This document shows, one piece after another, positions 25,176 to 37,944 of a stretch of DNA of 64,000 nt (positions are counted from its first letter, which is position 1; every line of letters starts with the position of its first letter). The notes under the pieces were generated by a model. The model made no database searches. It was not told the DNA's origin and saw only the letters and a program-made list of their open reading frames with translations. Position numbers and translations under genes: made by a program. The stretch spans positions 18,972,001-19,036,000 of the forward strand of contig JBHGNT010000002.1 of assembly GCA_043228905.1 (NCBI GenBank), read 5' to 3'. This stretch comes from Azolla caroliniana. Its lineage: Eukaryota; Plantae; Polypodiophyta.

Positions 25176-27335
25176 ATGGCTGCTGAGAATGGAAGCCAAA
25201 TAGTCATAGAAAAGTTGGATAAAAACAATTTCAAGGCGTGGAAATTCAGAATGACAAATTTCGTTATGGGGAAAGGATATTGGGATTATATTGAAGGAGA
25301 CCTAGAAGAGGCTCTAGAGATCCCTGAAGAAAATGCAATTGCTGCACAGATTAAAGCATTTAAGGAATGAAATCAAGGGGCAAGAAAGGTATGGCATTGG
25401 CTCTTACTTAGCATCTTAGATTCGATGCTTGGACACATACAAGATGCTATGCTTCCAAAAGAAGCTTGGGATAGTTTAGTAAAACTGTTTGCAGTGAACA
25501 CAAAGGCTAGAAAGCTTCAGTTGAAGACTGAGCTAAATACCTTGGAAAAAGGTTAGATGTCAGTGAATGAGTATGCTCTGAAAATAAAGAGCATATGTGA
25601 ATCACTTGCTTCTATCAATGTGAAGGTAGAAGATGATGATAAGGTGGAAATATGCTTAAGAGGCTTAGGACCTCAATATAAAAGCTTCAAAACATCTATT
25701 CTCACAAGGAATAACATTCCAAGTTTTCTAGATTTGGTTTCAATGCTTGTAGTGGAAGAAAGAAATCAGATGGATGATGTAAACAAAGGAAACTCTGAGA
25801 CTGAGGGACATCCCCTCTACAATAGTGCTGGAAGAGGCCATGGAAGATTTGGTTCAGCTAGAACCAACAACAATAGTTATTAAGGAAGAGGACATGTTAC
25901 AAGTGGAAGAAACAACATCAGAAGCATGGGGAGCAATCGAGACAGAGGTAAGCAAACTTATTTGAATGATGATGGCTGTTGGTATTGTGGAAAACCAAGC
26001 CATACACAGGCTGAATCCTATAAAAAGCAAAATGATGAAAAAAGAGGGAAGAGACAACGAAATAATTATGCCTCAACTTGTGAAGACTGTGATAAAGATG
26101 GTGCATTTGTGGTGCAACATGAAACGACATCAATGGTTGAATGTTCACAAAGATGCAATGAAGAGTTTATGTGGTATGTAGATTCTGGGGCATCTAATCA
26201 TATGTAAGGACATGCAAACTGGTTTGAAAGTCTAAGAGAACTAGAGATTCTTGGTTATGTACAAACATGTGATAATACTACTCACCAAATAGAGCATATG
26301 TTGGAGATATTCCATTGTGGGAAGAAAAAGGAAAAACTAAGTATATGCTGAATGTGATGCATGTTCCAAACCTTGCAAAAAATTTGATTTCTGTTGGACA
26401 AATAGTAGAGCAAGGAATGCAAGTTAAGTTCAAGCAAAGTGGATGCTTTATAGAGAAACGGGGAAAACTTATTGCAAAAGGAAAACGTCAAGGAAGAATG
26501 TTTGTGTTAGATGTGGATATGCCTAAAAAGATTACAACCATGTTTGCAGAAGGAATGAGTGTAATCTCAGATGTGGAGATGTGGCATAAAAGAATCGGTC
26601 ACATACGTATGCAAACCTTGAAAAATATGTTGAGGAAAAATGCAGTGGTTGGACTGCCTAAGCTAAAAGACTGTGAGATGAGCAAAATATGTGAAGCATG
26701 TCAATATGGAAAACAAAACAGGTTGCCTTTCCCTCATGAAAGACATGTAAACAAATCTTTTTTTGGATTTGGTACATATAGATGTATGGGGACCAACAAA
26801 AAATGCATCAATTAGTGGATGTAAATTTTATGTAACTTTCATTGATGATTGCTCAAGGAAAACATGGGTTTACTTCACGAAAGAAAAAAGTGAAGTATTT
26901 GATTGTTTCTGTAAGTTTAAATGCATGGTAGAAAAGCAGGTTGGAACTAGAATAAAATGCCTAAGATCTGATGGAGGAGGAGAATACTTCTCAAATGAGT
27001 TTTCTGATTTTCTATGTAATCAAGGAATAAGGAGATAGTTTACATGTAGATATACTCCACAACAAAATGGAGTTGCTGAGAGAAAAAATAGAACTCTAGT
27101 GAAGATAGCAAGAGCCATAATGACAGAAAAAAATATGCCATTGTATTACTGGATAGAAGATGTAAACACAACAAACTATATCCTAAATAAATGTATAACA
27201 TCTGGAGTACATGAAGTAACTCCTGAAGAATGTTTCGATGGCAAGAAGCCTAGTTTAGAACACTTAAAAGTGTTTCGATGCCTTGCTTATGTTCATGTAC
27301 TTGCTAAAGTAAGAAGTAAGCTTGATCCAAAAGCT
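25176..27335 (+). pseudogene. pol: E gag, protease, integrase
   Basis: CWYCGKPSH, WYVDSGASNHM, YVTFIDD, LRSDGGGEY. Confidence 0.88.
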
Positions 27336-27820
27336 TGTTAGCCGGCCGGCAAAAACTGTGTTATCGCTAGGGCCGGACAATGGCCTAACACAGGGTGTCC
27401 CCTTGAGACACTTCACCAAAGGGGTGTTGCGGTGAGATAAAGTTAGATCCACTATTAATGGAACCCTAATTGGTTACTAAGCGGCAAGATCATTAGTCAC
27501 AATACACGTGTAGGATAAATTACACTTAGCACAGAACGATAATTAATAATGATTAAGATACAAAACAACAACACTATTAATTATCCGCTTCTGATTACAA
27601 TCTAACTGGGCCCTTTTATAAGTCTCCGGCTTTAGGTACAAACTGGTGCCAACCGGCAACCGACTACGAACCGGTCCAGATCCGGATTGGCATACCGATT
27701 CCGGGTCCGTCTGTTCGCTTCTCAAAATCATAATAATTCTATATTATAACTAATCAGCTCCTGGTTATTAATTATCCCCCTTTTCCCATTCTGGACTTCC
27801 CTTGCCGGCCGACTAACACA

Positions 27821-27837
27821 TGGCACGCCCGTGGGAC
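27821..27837 (+). promoter_or_regulatory. tRNA-Arg PBS-like motif at G's PPT position
   Basis: TGGCACGCCCGTGGGAC, 2 nt after the LTR end CTAACA; resembles the plant tRNA-Arg(UCU) PBS TGGCACGCCC(A/G)GTGGGAC. Confidence 0.65.
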
Positions 27838-30523
27838 AGTACCTTGTACGTCGAATCCCACGATCCGGCCTTCATTCATCCTCCAAAATGTCCAAAATGC
27901 TTTGATCTAAGGGTTCCAATGGTTCCTCGGGAAGCTGTTTTGTCATCTGCTGCTGCTATTGTTCCTCCTCCTGTTGTTCCTGCGGCTGTGGCTGCTCTTC
28001 TTGCCGCTCTGGCTTTAGTTGTGGTTGCTGCTGGTTGACGTTCGTTGCCTGCGGCTCCGTTGGTCTGACCGGCTCTGTCTCCATTTCCGGCTCGACTGGT
28101 CTTACCAGCTCTTCCTCCTTTTCCGGCTCTACCGGTCTTGGCGTCTCCTGGTTCTGTTGTGTGGCATGCACCGGTTCCTGCAGATGACCTTCCTTTAGTG
28201 GCTCCTCCTGAGTACTATCTGGTTGGCTTCCCCCGGCTTTAACCGGCGTTTGTTCTGAAGATGGCTCCTTGTCACTGATGCTAATCGCCGTAGTTTTCTT
28301 GGCCACTTCTTGCCGTCACCGTTCCCATTCATACTTTTCAAAACGGAGTTGGTTGTCCAACTGGTCATCATCCAGCTGTGCCACCAACTGGCGTACCGCC
28401 ACCCTCTGCTCATCAACCAAGGATATGAAATCATCCGACAATTCATCTTTTATTGCTTCAATGTTTTCTTTATCCAGGATGTTTTCTTTCCACCGGTTTT
28501 CCGCATTTGGCCGCAACAACTGTAGCTCTGCTGCCTGCTTAGCCCACTTCGACCACCATTGTATTGAGCTTTCTTCCACCAATTGCTTTGTTCGATTCCT
28601 CCATGCTAGTACGATGTCCCGGATCCGCCCCAGCCCCATCTTTGACTTGTTTTCCGCGGCCTGTTTTTCGTCCTTCAATTGTTTGATTAGGCTTGCGGTT
28701 GCCACTTCTTGGCTTCTGTAGTGCATGAGTTGGGTCTGATATGTCGTCTGAACTCTGTTCAGAGTCATTGTAGCGCGCTCTATTTCCGCATGGTGCTGCA
28801 CTTGCAGGTCCAATCGCTCTTTCGCTGTTGCCACTAGTTGTTTCGCTACTTCGGCTCCCTTCGACTGCTCTTCCATAAATGCCGCCGTCAACCGGTTAAT
28901 TTCCTCCCGGAGTTCCATGCACTTTTCCTACTGCCGGTCACTTTCAGTAGTCAATTTCTTATGATCGGCATCCAAATGCTTATAATCCCGGTGCAGTCGG
29001 TTGAAGTCGTCGGTTTTCTGTTTGAGCTTTTGATTGATAAGCCGATGAGCGCGGTCCTCACGGTCTTTTTGTTGCCGGAACTCTTCTTTGAGGTGCTCAA
29101 TCTCCACTTCTGCCGTCCTCCGAAGTTTCTCTTTTTCTTGCAGGAGTTTGTCTTTCTCTTCTTTCAGCCAATCATATGCTTGATGATCTCTTCTCAAGCT
29201 TTCCTCTTTTCGGTAGAGGCTGTCGACCGTTCTCCTTTGTTCCTCCTCCGCCGCTTTTTTCAATTCTCATTCCCTGGCTCGTAAGGTTTCTTGTGCTGCT
29301 AGGTCTTCCCTTAATGTTGTGAGCTTCTGTGCTGATGATTTATGAGTATCCGGGCCTGCTGCCGTCACTGGGGTTTGATTGTTCTGGAGAGTTACCGAGG
29401 TCACTGGTTCCGATTGCTGTGGTCCTTCTATGACCAACTTGGCCATTTCTGTTTTGGCCTTCTCTATGTCTTCTTCCATGCTCCGGATTCTTGACCGGGC
29501 CTTCTCTAATTCCTCGGTTGTGGCTAGCAACCGGGCTTCCTGCGCTTTCTCTTCCGCTTCTAACTGGCAGATGACCCCAGTCACTTGTTCTGCTACCCAT
29601 CGGAGCCATTGACTGCCGGTGCCATGTTGTTGTGCCGGTTCTGGTCGTGGGATGGCATTTTCACTGGTCACGAGCCTACTATTGACGGTTACGTCAAACG
29701 GCCGCTCCGGTTCTGGCTGTTGCTGCAGCTGCGGCAATGCTGGCAATTCAATGACTGGTTCTTGATCCACCGGTACTGCCGTGTCCTGGACTGCGGGTTC
29801 TGCGATGTCCTGCTGCAACACTTGCTCCGTCCCTGATTCTTGTTGAGCCAGTTCTGTCGCCTTCCTAGGCTGCGGCTCCTTAGGGAGGGCTTCCAGTATA
29901 ATATCCTCCATTGGCCTTGATGTCCCCCCTTCGTGGCCCTTTTCACTTGTCTGGTGACGACATAACAACGTCTCCGTCGGCTCGTCTTCCTGCTGTTCTT
30001 CCACCAGTGTCTTGCTATTGATTAACGCTGCCAAGGGGTCCTGCCCCTACGTTTTCTCCGGTTGCTGTTCTGCTTGTTGTTTCGACAGGCACAACTTGAT
30101 TTTCAATGGTCTCCCCGAGGTGTCCACCACCGCCTCCTTCTCTGCCAGCCGCTTTCGATTAGGCCGTTCCTTCGCTTGGGTAGCTAGGAGTTGCTGCCGT
30201 TTTGAAGCTTTTTTGGGGGTCTTTTCTGTCGGTCTTCCCCTCTTTCTTTGTTTCATGGGCTCCACTGGCAGTGCTAACAAAGTGAGCCATTGCGCCACTG
30301 CTGTCCACATCTTTTTGCCACCTTTTATTGAGATGATGGCAACGCTCAAGCCGTTGGCGATCATTACCGGCAAATCCACCTGTACTCCCTCATAGGTAGC
30401 TATGATCAAACCGGCTCTATTCCTGGGCATCACCGGTGGTCGGGGGTATACATGACCATACTCGTGGATTACCCGAGCAATTTCCCGAAACAATAGGTCT
30501 TCACCGCCTTGCATGCGGTACAT

Positions 30524-31995
30524 TGTCGCGAAGTTTCGCGCATGTTTGTTACTCGGGCGGGACCACGAGGGTCTTGGACTAGGGAGTACTCAAGGGATTG
30601 AGAAGACCCGAGGTTTGCTTTACGACAATACTACTTCCCGACCCCTTCCCGAGCAAGGTCTCGTTGCCCTTTGTTTTGTGAGGCCGGTGGCTCTCGTTGA
30701 TCACGACTCGTCGACCTTCCAAGATCACCGCACGAGCCAAGTGACCAAATGGGTACAAGCAAGATGAGCACGCAACATGAACGCACAAGGGGACGATAAC
30801 AAAAACACGAATGTCCGTACGTCTTTATGAGGAGGAGAGGTGCATGGGCACGCCCAAACGCTCCCTCGTCACAAGATGTCGAACGTACGAGGAAGACACA
30901 AAACACATGCACAAATGCTCGTACGCCTTTATGAGGAGGAGAGGTGCATGGGCAAGCTCGAACGGTCCCCTCGTCACAAGATGGCCGAACGTACACGGAA
31001 GACACAAACACACGCACAAATGCTTGTACGCCTTTATGAGGAGGAGAGGTGCATGGGCAAGCCCGAACGGTCCCCTCGTCACAAGACGGCCGAACCTACA
31101 CGGAAGACACGAATAAAGAAAGAAGGAGAGAAAGAAACACAAATGATATCGACCAAAGAGATAAATACGTGTTCGGTTCCAACGCAAGAGGAACCTTTAT
31201 AAAATAGGGTTTTGTTTACAATGGCAACTTATAGTTAACCACAAGCTCAATGAAAACATAAATATTAAATGCCCTTAGAGAAAAAAGCAAATCCGAACAC
31301 GGCGAAGATGAACACAGGAGCACCACCAAAATGCCAATCCCAACGAACCACGACCTCCTGAACGGCGAGCACACGGGCTCGCAACGAAGAACAGGGCAGA
31401 GCAACGTCGAACCAAAGAAGCTTGGGCTCACGATCACTTCGAGTGCCGACGCGAAGAAGACGAGCACGTGGCGATGGGGGGGGATGAAGGGGTATGAGAT
31501 GAAGAGAAGTGGTGAATAAGAAGATGAGGAGCTTCGAAGGAAAATTGGCAATAGTCTCCTCCTCCCAAAACGTCCTCCCGAATGAGCCCCCCCCGACCTC
31601 CTTTTATAGGAAAAAAAAGAAGGGGGGGTCGCCAAATTTGTCTTCAGTGAAAAAGGAATAAAATTCCTTAAATCGCGCTGCATTGTAAGTCCAAATTCAA
31701 ACCATGCACCTCTAGGTAATAGTCAATGTGACTATCCACTAGCCCACTAACTCTCTCTTATATAATATATAAATCTATCTCTATAAATTCATAGCATGTC
31801 TCCCCTCTACCTTTTATCTCTCCTCTCTCTTACTTTTTGCACGAGCTTCTATACCTCCTTTTCACCTTTTCTTTTCCTTTTTAATTTGCATATGCACAAT
31901 TAATCGCTTTTGTGTGCACACACATTGCACATGCACATTTTTTAACCCCCCCTTTCGCCGGTTTTTCCCACTCTCAAGCACGCCACATCACGACA
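30524..31995 (-). repeat. Solo LTR H (about 1.47 kb) of another Gypsy family
   Basis: TGTCGCGA..TCACGACA termini, minus-strand TATA near 31600, no coding capacity, no clear TSD. Confidence 0.7.
30810..31112. repeat. Tandem repeat, about 105 bp x 3, inside H
   Basis: GTACG(C/T)CTTTATGAGGAGGAGAGGTGCATGGGC recurs at about 30817, 30921 and 31026. Confidence 0.85.
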
Positions 31996-32724
31996 ATGCC
32001 TTGCTGCGTATTCACCGAAATACCTCGTCAGCAGCTCCTGTGAAGGGTTGTCGATCGAGTATATTCCCCCTTTCAGTAAGCTAGTCAGGGCTCGGATGGC
32101 TTCCTCGGTGATGACCTCCGTGTCGATGTCCTTGACGACATTTTCCGCATCTTCGTGTGGTGGTGCTTCGACTATCCTCAAGAATCTTTCTAGACCATGT
32201 TGCTTTAGCCATTTCTTAGTCGCTTCTGAGAGTACCATGCATTCCATGTCATCGTCGTCGTCGGTAGGTTGTGGTAAGCTTGGTGCGCCTGTGTGTTCTG
32301 CGTGCTCTCGCCTGATCACTTGTAATCGCTTGTGTGCGCTGGGATCTCTGTGTTCGCGAAATGAAAGGGACTTTGCATGGCGAAGGTTTTCTTTCTCCAT
32401 GCGTGGCTCCTTTTCTTGATTCCCGTGCATGCACGTCCTGTACTAATATAGCAAACGGTTGACACATGGTGCGCCTTTTTTAAAGGGCTTTAATTAGGCA
32501 CCCACCACACCTTTTCAAAGTGCCCGTTCGCTCCTCGTCTTTGAATGATGACTTTTTTTTTTTTTCTAGATTGAGTTTTAGTTAACCGGAAGCACCGGGT
32601 CCGTATCCCGGTTTTTCCCCATATTGACGTTTGTTGGCCACCTATTTGTCATTATCCGATATGCCGGCTTCGTCTGACTATCGGGTACTTTTTTCCTGGT
32701 TCCTACTGTTGTATCAGCCTCCGT

Positions 32725-35137
32725 CTACTCGAACGGATTCTGTGGCATAGGTCCACAATATGGTTTGAGTCGAAACCCATTGATCCATTTGCCCATTATC
32801 TGACCGATGAGCGTTCCGAGTTGGTATGAACCGTTGAATTCCCGCGTTATCCAATACGGTCCGATCCACCGGAACCGTAGCTTTCCCGGCATCTGACCCA
32901 TCCGGGTCTGGAACACCAGTACCGGCTTGCCGATCCCGAACATCTTCTCATTGCCCTTCCGGTGCCGATTGACAAACGCCTTCCTTCGTCGCTGCTCCAG
33001 TTCCAACTGCATGAGACTTGCTATCCGATGCTCCTCGAGTTTGCATAATGCGGCTAACCGGATTTTTTCTGATTCCTTTTCACTTAGTCGTTCTCTAACC
33101 TGTATCTGCAAACTCGGAACTTGAAATTCGATCGGGATTACTGCTTCAAGCCCAAATGCTAACCGGAATGGTGTTGACCGGATACTCGTTTTGTATGCTG
33201 TCCAGTATGCCCATAGTGCACTATGCAGCTTGGTGTCCCAATCGGTCCGGTTTTCATTGACGGTCTTTCGCAGGGTGTTTTAGAGCGTTTTGTTTGTGGA
33301 TTCGGCTAGTCCATTGGCCTGTGGATAATAAGGGGTACTGCACTTGTGTACCATTGCATAGAATGTTGTTAACCTCTCCACTACTTGATCGAGAAAATGT
33401 CCGCCTTGGTCGCTAATTAACTCGATCGGGCATCCATACCGGCACCAGATGTACTCATATAAGAACTTTGTCGTTGATGCCACAATGTTGTCCCGCAAAG
33501 CCTTGGCTTCTACCCACTTGGTGCAATAATCAGTGGCGACTATAACATATCTGTTGCCGGTTCTCATTGCGGGAGGTTTAAATGGCCCAATGAAATCCAG
33601 TCCCCATTTCTGAAATGGTTCTAAGGGTAGCATCGGCTAGTGAGGCATCCTTGTCTGTTCTGTTGGTTGGCCCATCCGTTGACATAAATCACAAACTTTC
33701 GCATACCGAACCGAGTCCTTCAGTGTTGTCGGCCACGATAGCCCGCTGTGCCATATCTTTCTTGCCGTAGCATCCCCGGCATAGTGCCCTTTGGCAATGC
33801 CACAGTGCGCTTCTCGTAATATTGTGTCCTTTTCGTCGCTTTGCACTGCTCGCCGCCATATGTCATCCGCGCCTTTGTGGTACAGGGTGTCCTGTAGTAG
33901 ACAAAAATGTCGGCTTTGTACCGCTTACCGCTTCCGCTCATCTCGGTTCATCTCCTCCGGTGGAAGTCCCGTGCTTAGGAATTGATGCATGTTGGTTAGC
34001 GACTTGTCTTCATCGACTACCGTGCTATCGACTGCCGTTTTGGTTGTTACTTTAAACAACTCAGCATCCGGAAACTCATCCGGGACTCCGTCGCTGGTCT
34101 CATCGGAGTCTAACCGGCTCAGATAATCGGCAACCGCATGTTGTATTCCCAGCCAGTGATATATTTCGAACTCAAACTCTTGTAGCAACAATGTCCATCG
34201 GGTCAGCTTGCCGGTGAGTGATGCCTTTGAGACCAAATATAACAGCGTTGAGTGGTCGACATGGAATGAAATTTTCCTTCCCAATAAATAGTGCCTGAAC
34301 TTGGTAACATTGTAAATCATCCCTAAGACTTCTCTTTCCGTTGTTGAATAATTTCTTTCCGCCTGGGGTAGCTTCTGGCTAGCATAATAGACTGGTCGGT
34401 ACCATTTCGGTTCAGTCAGTTGCATTAGTGTGCTGCCGATTGCTATGTGGGACGCATCAACGAACACGTGGAATTCTTTTGACCAGTCCGGTGGTTGCAC
34501 CATTGGTGCTTGTGATAGCAGTACTTTTAGTGCCTAGTAAGCCTCATCCTCCGTATTTGTCCATTGAAACAGTGTTTGGTGAACCGCGACATGCAACGGT
34601 GTAGCAAGATCGGCCAAATACCGAAGCATCCGGCAATGCCACCGGATTTGCCCTAGAAACCGACTCAAAGCTTTAGCCATGGATGGTGCTGGTGCTTCTA
34701 AGATTTCTTTGATCTTATTGGGGTCTACTGCGATCCCGTTCTTGCTGACAAGATGGCCCAACAATGCACCGCTTGTTACTCCGAACACACACTTTGCTGG
34801 ATTCACGCTTAACCGATAACTCCTGCATTTCTCAAGACATAGCCAGAGGTGTTGGAGATGCTCTCCTTCTCGACTATACATGACGAAGTCATCCAGGAAT
34901 ACCTACACGAATGCCGGAATGAACTCGCCAAATATTTCCATGATTATTCGTTGGAAGGTCGCCGACACGGTCTTGAGCCCGAACATCATTACCACTACGA
35001 CGAAAACTCCCCATTCGGTGATGAACGCCGTCTTGTCTTGGTCGTCGGGGTGCATCCTTATTTGATTTGTAGCTGCTAAAACCGTCTAGAAAGCTATACA
35101 CTTCATGACTGGCTACCGCGTCCAGGACTCCATCCGT
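32725..35137 (-). pseudogene. pol: G pol: RT (3' part), RNase H, integrase
   Basis: FVDASHIAIG, NYSTTERE, WGLDFIGPF, ISDQGGHF, WIGPY. Confidence 0.88.
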
Positions 35138-35777
35138 TGTCGTGAAGAAAACCGTCCACAAGCGGAATCGGTGTACCGGAGCGTAGAAACCGACTCTTCA
35201 TGCACGTGCGCCTTAAGTTGTACATAGGAGATCCTAGGTAGATTCGGTAGGTAGGGAGTAAAGGGGAAACGGCTCCTTCCTTGCCTATAAAAGGAGGGAG
35301 ACGAGGAGGGTAGAGGGATCGCGGAGAGCCGAGGACGAAGTGCTGTCGGTTTGCGTGCGAAGGCTTCTCTCTCTCTTTCTGGTTGCAAACGCCATAGCTT
35401 CCTTTTGTGCAGGTTTCGGGAGGCCCGCGCTGCTCTGAGGAATGCCCGAGTGCTTCCGGCAGCACCTCCAACCTGTTCCCGTCTTTCTGTGCGTTTACGA
35501 ACAGGTATCGGCATCTGTCCGCCGGCCTGTTCGGTTGTAACCGACTTCGTGTTTTGTTGTCCTCGTGTTCTTGTTGTTTGTCTTGTCAATACATACATAC
35601 TTTCGTGGTTTTCTGTGTCGCTGTCCCATTCGCGTCTTTGCGTCGAAGGGCCGTGTCCCTGTGAATCTACGCTCGCACGTAGTGGGTCTCTCTCTCTCTC
35701 TCTCTCTTACTCTTTGGTACACGACCCCCGAGGTCCCGCCTCACTCCACGCATCCGCGAGGAATACCTTGACATATT

Positions 35778-35794
35778 TGGTGAACCCGACGTGA
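35778..35794 (+). promoter_or_regulatory. PBS complementary to tRNA-Trp
   Basis: TGGTGAACCCGACGTGA, 4 nt after the LTR, matching the tRNA-Trp 3' end. Confidence 0.8.
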
Positions 35795-37944
35795 AAGAGG
35801 CGGCAGAAGAGCAGAAGATGAGGGGGTCGGATCTTGCAGAGGCCATGGCTTCGGCCGTGGATCGGATATTGAGCACACGCGAGGGCACCGGCGCCCTCGA
35901 CAGAGCCATTGAGGCGGTCGTCGGTACGATCGGCCGTTTCAGCGGAAAGGATGCTACGAAGTATTTGGCGTCCTACGGGGCGGAAATGCTGATGCGGGAC
36001 ATTCCGGAAGAGAGGCGTCTTGCCGGGTTCCCTCGAGTGGCGATGCTGAGCATCCATGCGGAGGTGCTCGAGGTACGGGCGGAGAGCCGTACCTGGGAGG
36101 AGTTCGAAGGTCGACTCCTAGAGAAATACGGGCTGGACGACGCGCTCCGGCTTTCGAAACAGGACTTCATGGAATGGGTGGAGTCCCCCGGCAAAGGAAG
36201 AAACGCGTTGGCACTCCTCCGGGAGTTCGAAGAACGCTTTGCGCGCCTTTCGGCGCTTAACCGAACTATCCTGGATACGAGCCGGGTCCTACTGTTCGTC
36301 AAGTCGGTGGACGAGCGGGACCGGGATCAAGTCGGCTCCTTGCTGGAAACTGAAGACGGGTTGACGACCGACTGGGCTGCGGTTAAGAGAGTCTGTGGCC
36401 GTTTCGACAAACGGCGAGAATGGGCTGACAATGGGGCGGCCGGTGCGGGCTCTGTTACAGCAAGGAGGCTTGAACCGGCGCCGCAAGTGCGAAGGGAAGA
36501 AACCCGGGAATGGCTCGAAACCGGTTCGGCTTCAACCAGCATGGCCAATGGCTCGTCCGGAGGAGCAGCGCTAGAGGAGTTGACGCGGGCGATAAAGGAT
36601 CTCCAGATCGCCCAGACTCGAAGGGAAGGCGGCGAACCGGCTCGTGACCGACAGCCGGCAGCGGGGAACAGGTGCATGTGGTGCGACGAGGTCGGCCACA
36701 TTCGGAAGGACTGCGGCGACTTCGCAGAGGCGTTGAGAAACCGGGTGGTGTACCTGTGGGAAGGCCGGGTGCACGCTGGCGACACCAGGAGGGCCCTGAG
36801 CCGAAACGACGGGCGAGGAGGTATGAAGAGACCGATGGAAGAGGCAGCGGCCCGACACGTGGAGGCCATCCACTACTCGGCGTCGGCCGGTATTCGGGTC
36901 GGGGGCAGCGAGGCCCGAAAGGAGAGTAAAGACGGTTCCTGGTCGGCAATGCTGGAAGGCCTCGCCGGCGCACAACTGAGGAAAGATGAAACGGACCGCG
37001 TTGAGAGACGGGTCCGGGAAATAACCGGGTGGAGCGATCCGGTCGAGGAGAAGACGGGCTTCGTAGAAGCCGCTTGCCGGAACTACGAGGCTCTGGTAGA
37101 AGATAAGCGAGTAGGGAAAGCCGGAGCGGCCGGGCCCTCACAACGGTACGAGACCCGATTCGGGCAACGACGGAACGATGCCGGCGGGTCCAGCCCGCAA
37201 GATAACCCCAGGAAGGGCGGGTACCGACTGGGGACAGAAATAGAAAGGACTACGGACCTACGGAAGGTCCTAGAGGAACGGATCCTCGACAGCAAAGTGG
37301 AGCTGTCATTGCGAGAGGTGCTAGGGATCGCCAAGAAGGAATTCCACGACTCCATTGTGGACCTGGTGAAACGGAAGAGGCTATCAACGGAGACGGATCC
37401 GGAAAGACCGGTAGAGGTGCGGACGACGCACATCGACGACTTGGCGCTGGCAGATGAGTGGGCGGAGAGCCACTATTCGAGGCCACACTGGGCCCGAGCG
37501 ACCACGGAGACCCCGGTAAAAATCGGAGGTGTTCAGGAACCGGTGGTAGCGTTGGTGGACCACGGTTCGGAAATAAACCTAATGTCCATGGACTTCTATA
37601 AGAAGGGGAAGTGGCCGATCAACACCAAGCACGGGTGGAAGATACGGGCGGCGACGCGCGCCACCGAGGAACTGCACGGGGCCTGCCCGAATGTGCGAGT
37701 GAAGATCGGCGACGTCGAGATTGACCAGCACTTCTTCGTACAGGAGACGTCCTCGCATCCGGTCATTTTAGGCGAACCATACATCACGGCGGCGAGAATG
37801 GAGACCAAGGTGCTGGACAACGGTTCGGCCTACTGGAGGGTCAAAAGCTAGGACGGGCGCCATTCGGTGCAATTTTTGACGGTGCGGCCGAACCACGAGA
37901 GAAACCACGAATCTCTCGGTGGCGAGAGCCGGGAGGATTTTTAG
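35791..37944 (+). CDS. gag: F ORF1: gag plus aspartic protease (premature TAG at 37849, probably from CAG)
   Basis: 686-aa ORF with CMWCDEVGHIRKDC and LVDHGSEINLM. The frame continues to EDF-stop at 37944, as in C. Confidence 0.85.

Larger units (their letters stand above)
27956..32430 (-). pseudogene. Extra 3' ORF of G (about 1000 aa: globular N-part, Q/P/E-rich linker, long coiled coil), split by H
   Basis: Consecutive same-strand ORFs 31942..32430, 30047..30523, 29267..30034, 28928..29263, 28316..28918 and 27956..28306. Confidence 0.75.

Noticed and set aside
30810-31112. Repeat array as a CRISPR candidate
   Set aside because: Head-to-tail ~105-bp units with no unique spacers and no cas genes, inside an LTR.
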